NCBI GenBank assembly: GCA_963764725.1
Contig: CAVXTM010000012.1
Location: 192,001-256,000 of the forward strand
DNA length: 64,000 nucleotides
Reading direction: 5' to 3'
From: an uncultured Gammaproteobacteria bacterium
Lineage (GTDB): Bacteria; Pseudomonadota; Gammaproteobacteria; JACCXJ01
The notes beneath the pieces are model-generated. The model ran no database searches and was not told the origin of the DNA. It saw only the letters and a list, made by a program, of their open reading frames with translations. Both the position numbers and the translations under genes were made by a program. Shown here in pieces: positions 63,728 through 64,000 of the stretch. Each line of letters opens with the position of its first letter. The first letter of the stretch is position 1.

Positions 63728-63955
63728 ATGAAGCAGCTGGAAGCGGGTCAAAAGCCCGTCACGCAGATTGCGTTGGAATTGGGCATTCGCCGCCATCAGC
63801 TGCACAAGTGGCAGGCGCAGCTACGGTCCAAGGGAGAGGCTGGGGCGTTTCGAGGCCGCCAAGCCGTTGGCTGAATATTCCGAAGTTGAGCGTCTTTGCC
63901 GCGAATTGAAGCGCGTCAGCGAGGAGCGCGACATTTTAAAAAAAGCCGCGGCACA
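63728..63955 (+). mobile_element. IS3-family OrfA remnant
   Basis: KPVTQIALELGIRRHQLHKW...EVERLCRELKRVSEERDILKKAAA, frameshifted. Confidence 0.8.
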
Positions 63956-64000
63956 CCGTATCGTACCCAGCATGAACGGCAGGAAGGCGCCGCAGGACGA

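Overview
This GC-rich bacterial window has gene order typical of Gammaproteobacteria (ybeD-lipB-lipA, rpsF-rpsR-DUF2232-rplI-dnaB-[alr]-radA). The central block (~21.6-52 kb) is largely intact. It carries housekeeping genes and a large H4MPT/methanofuran(methylofuran) C1-oxidation cluster: mptG, mtdB, orfY, mch, orf5-orf7, fae, orf1, orf9, pabB, orf21. Divergent from it is an fwdD-B-A-ftr-C operon followed by a ferredoxin and a ferredoxin-NADP reductase. Unlike the cofactor-less FhcB of Methylorubrum extorquens, the B subunit keeps the archaeal-type [4Fe-4S] and Mo/W-pterin active-site residues, and fwdD is present. This points to a possibly redox-active formylmethanofuran dehydrogenase with its own electron-transfer chain. 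A ~120-bp three-hairpin repeat occurs four times at operon junctions, and alr is cut to 43 codons. The left flank (0-21 kb) is a patchwork of pentose-phosphate genes (some frameshifted), short gene remnants, an IS200, LysR plus NAD-formate dehydrogenase, and a membrane-NDT/TIR-like protein. The right flank (52-64 kb) is a decaying stress island (Crp/Fnr, BON, CsbD, DUF3309, DUF3096, DUF1328) with IS scars and a recurring GTGCG-N4-CGCAC palindrome. No rRNA, tRNA or CRISPR array was seen. All family calls come from recognising motifs by eye, not from database searches.
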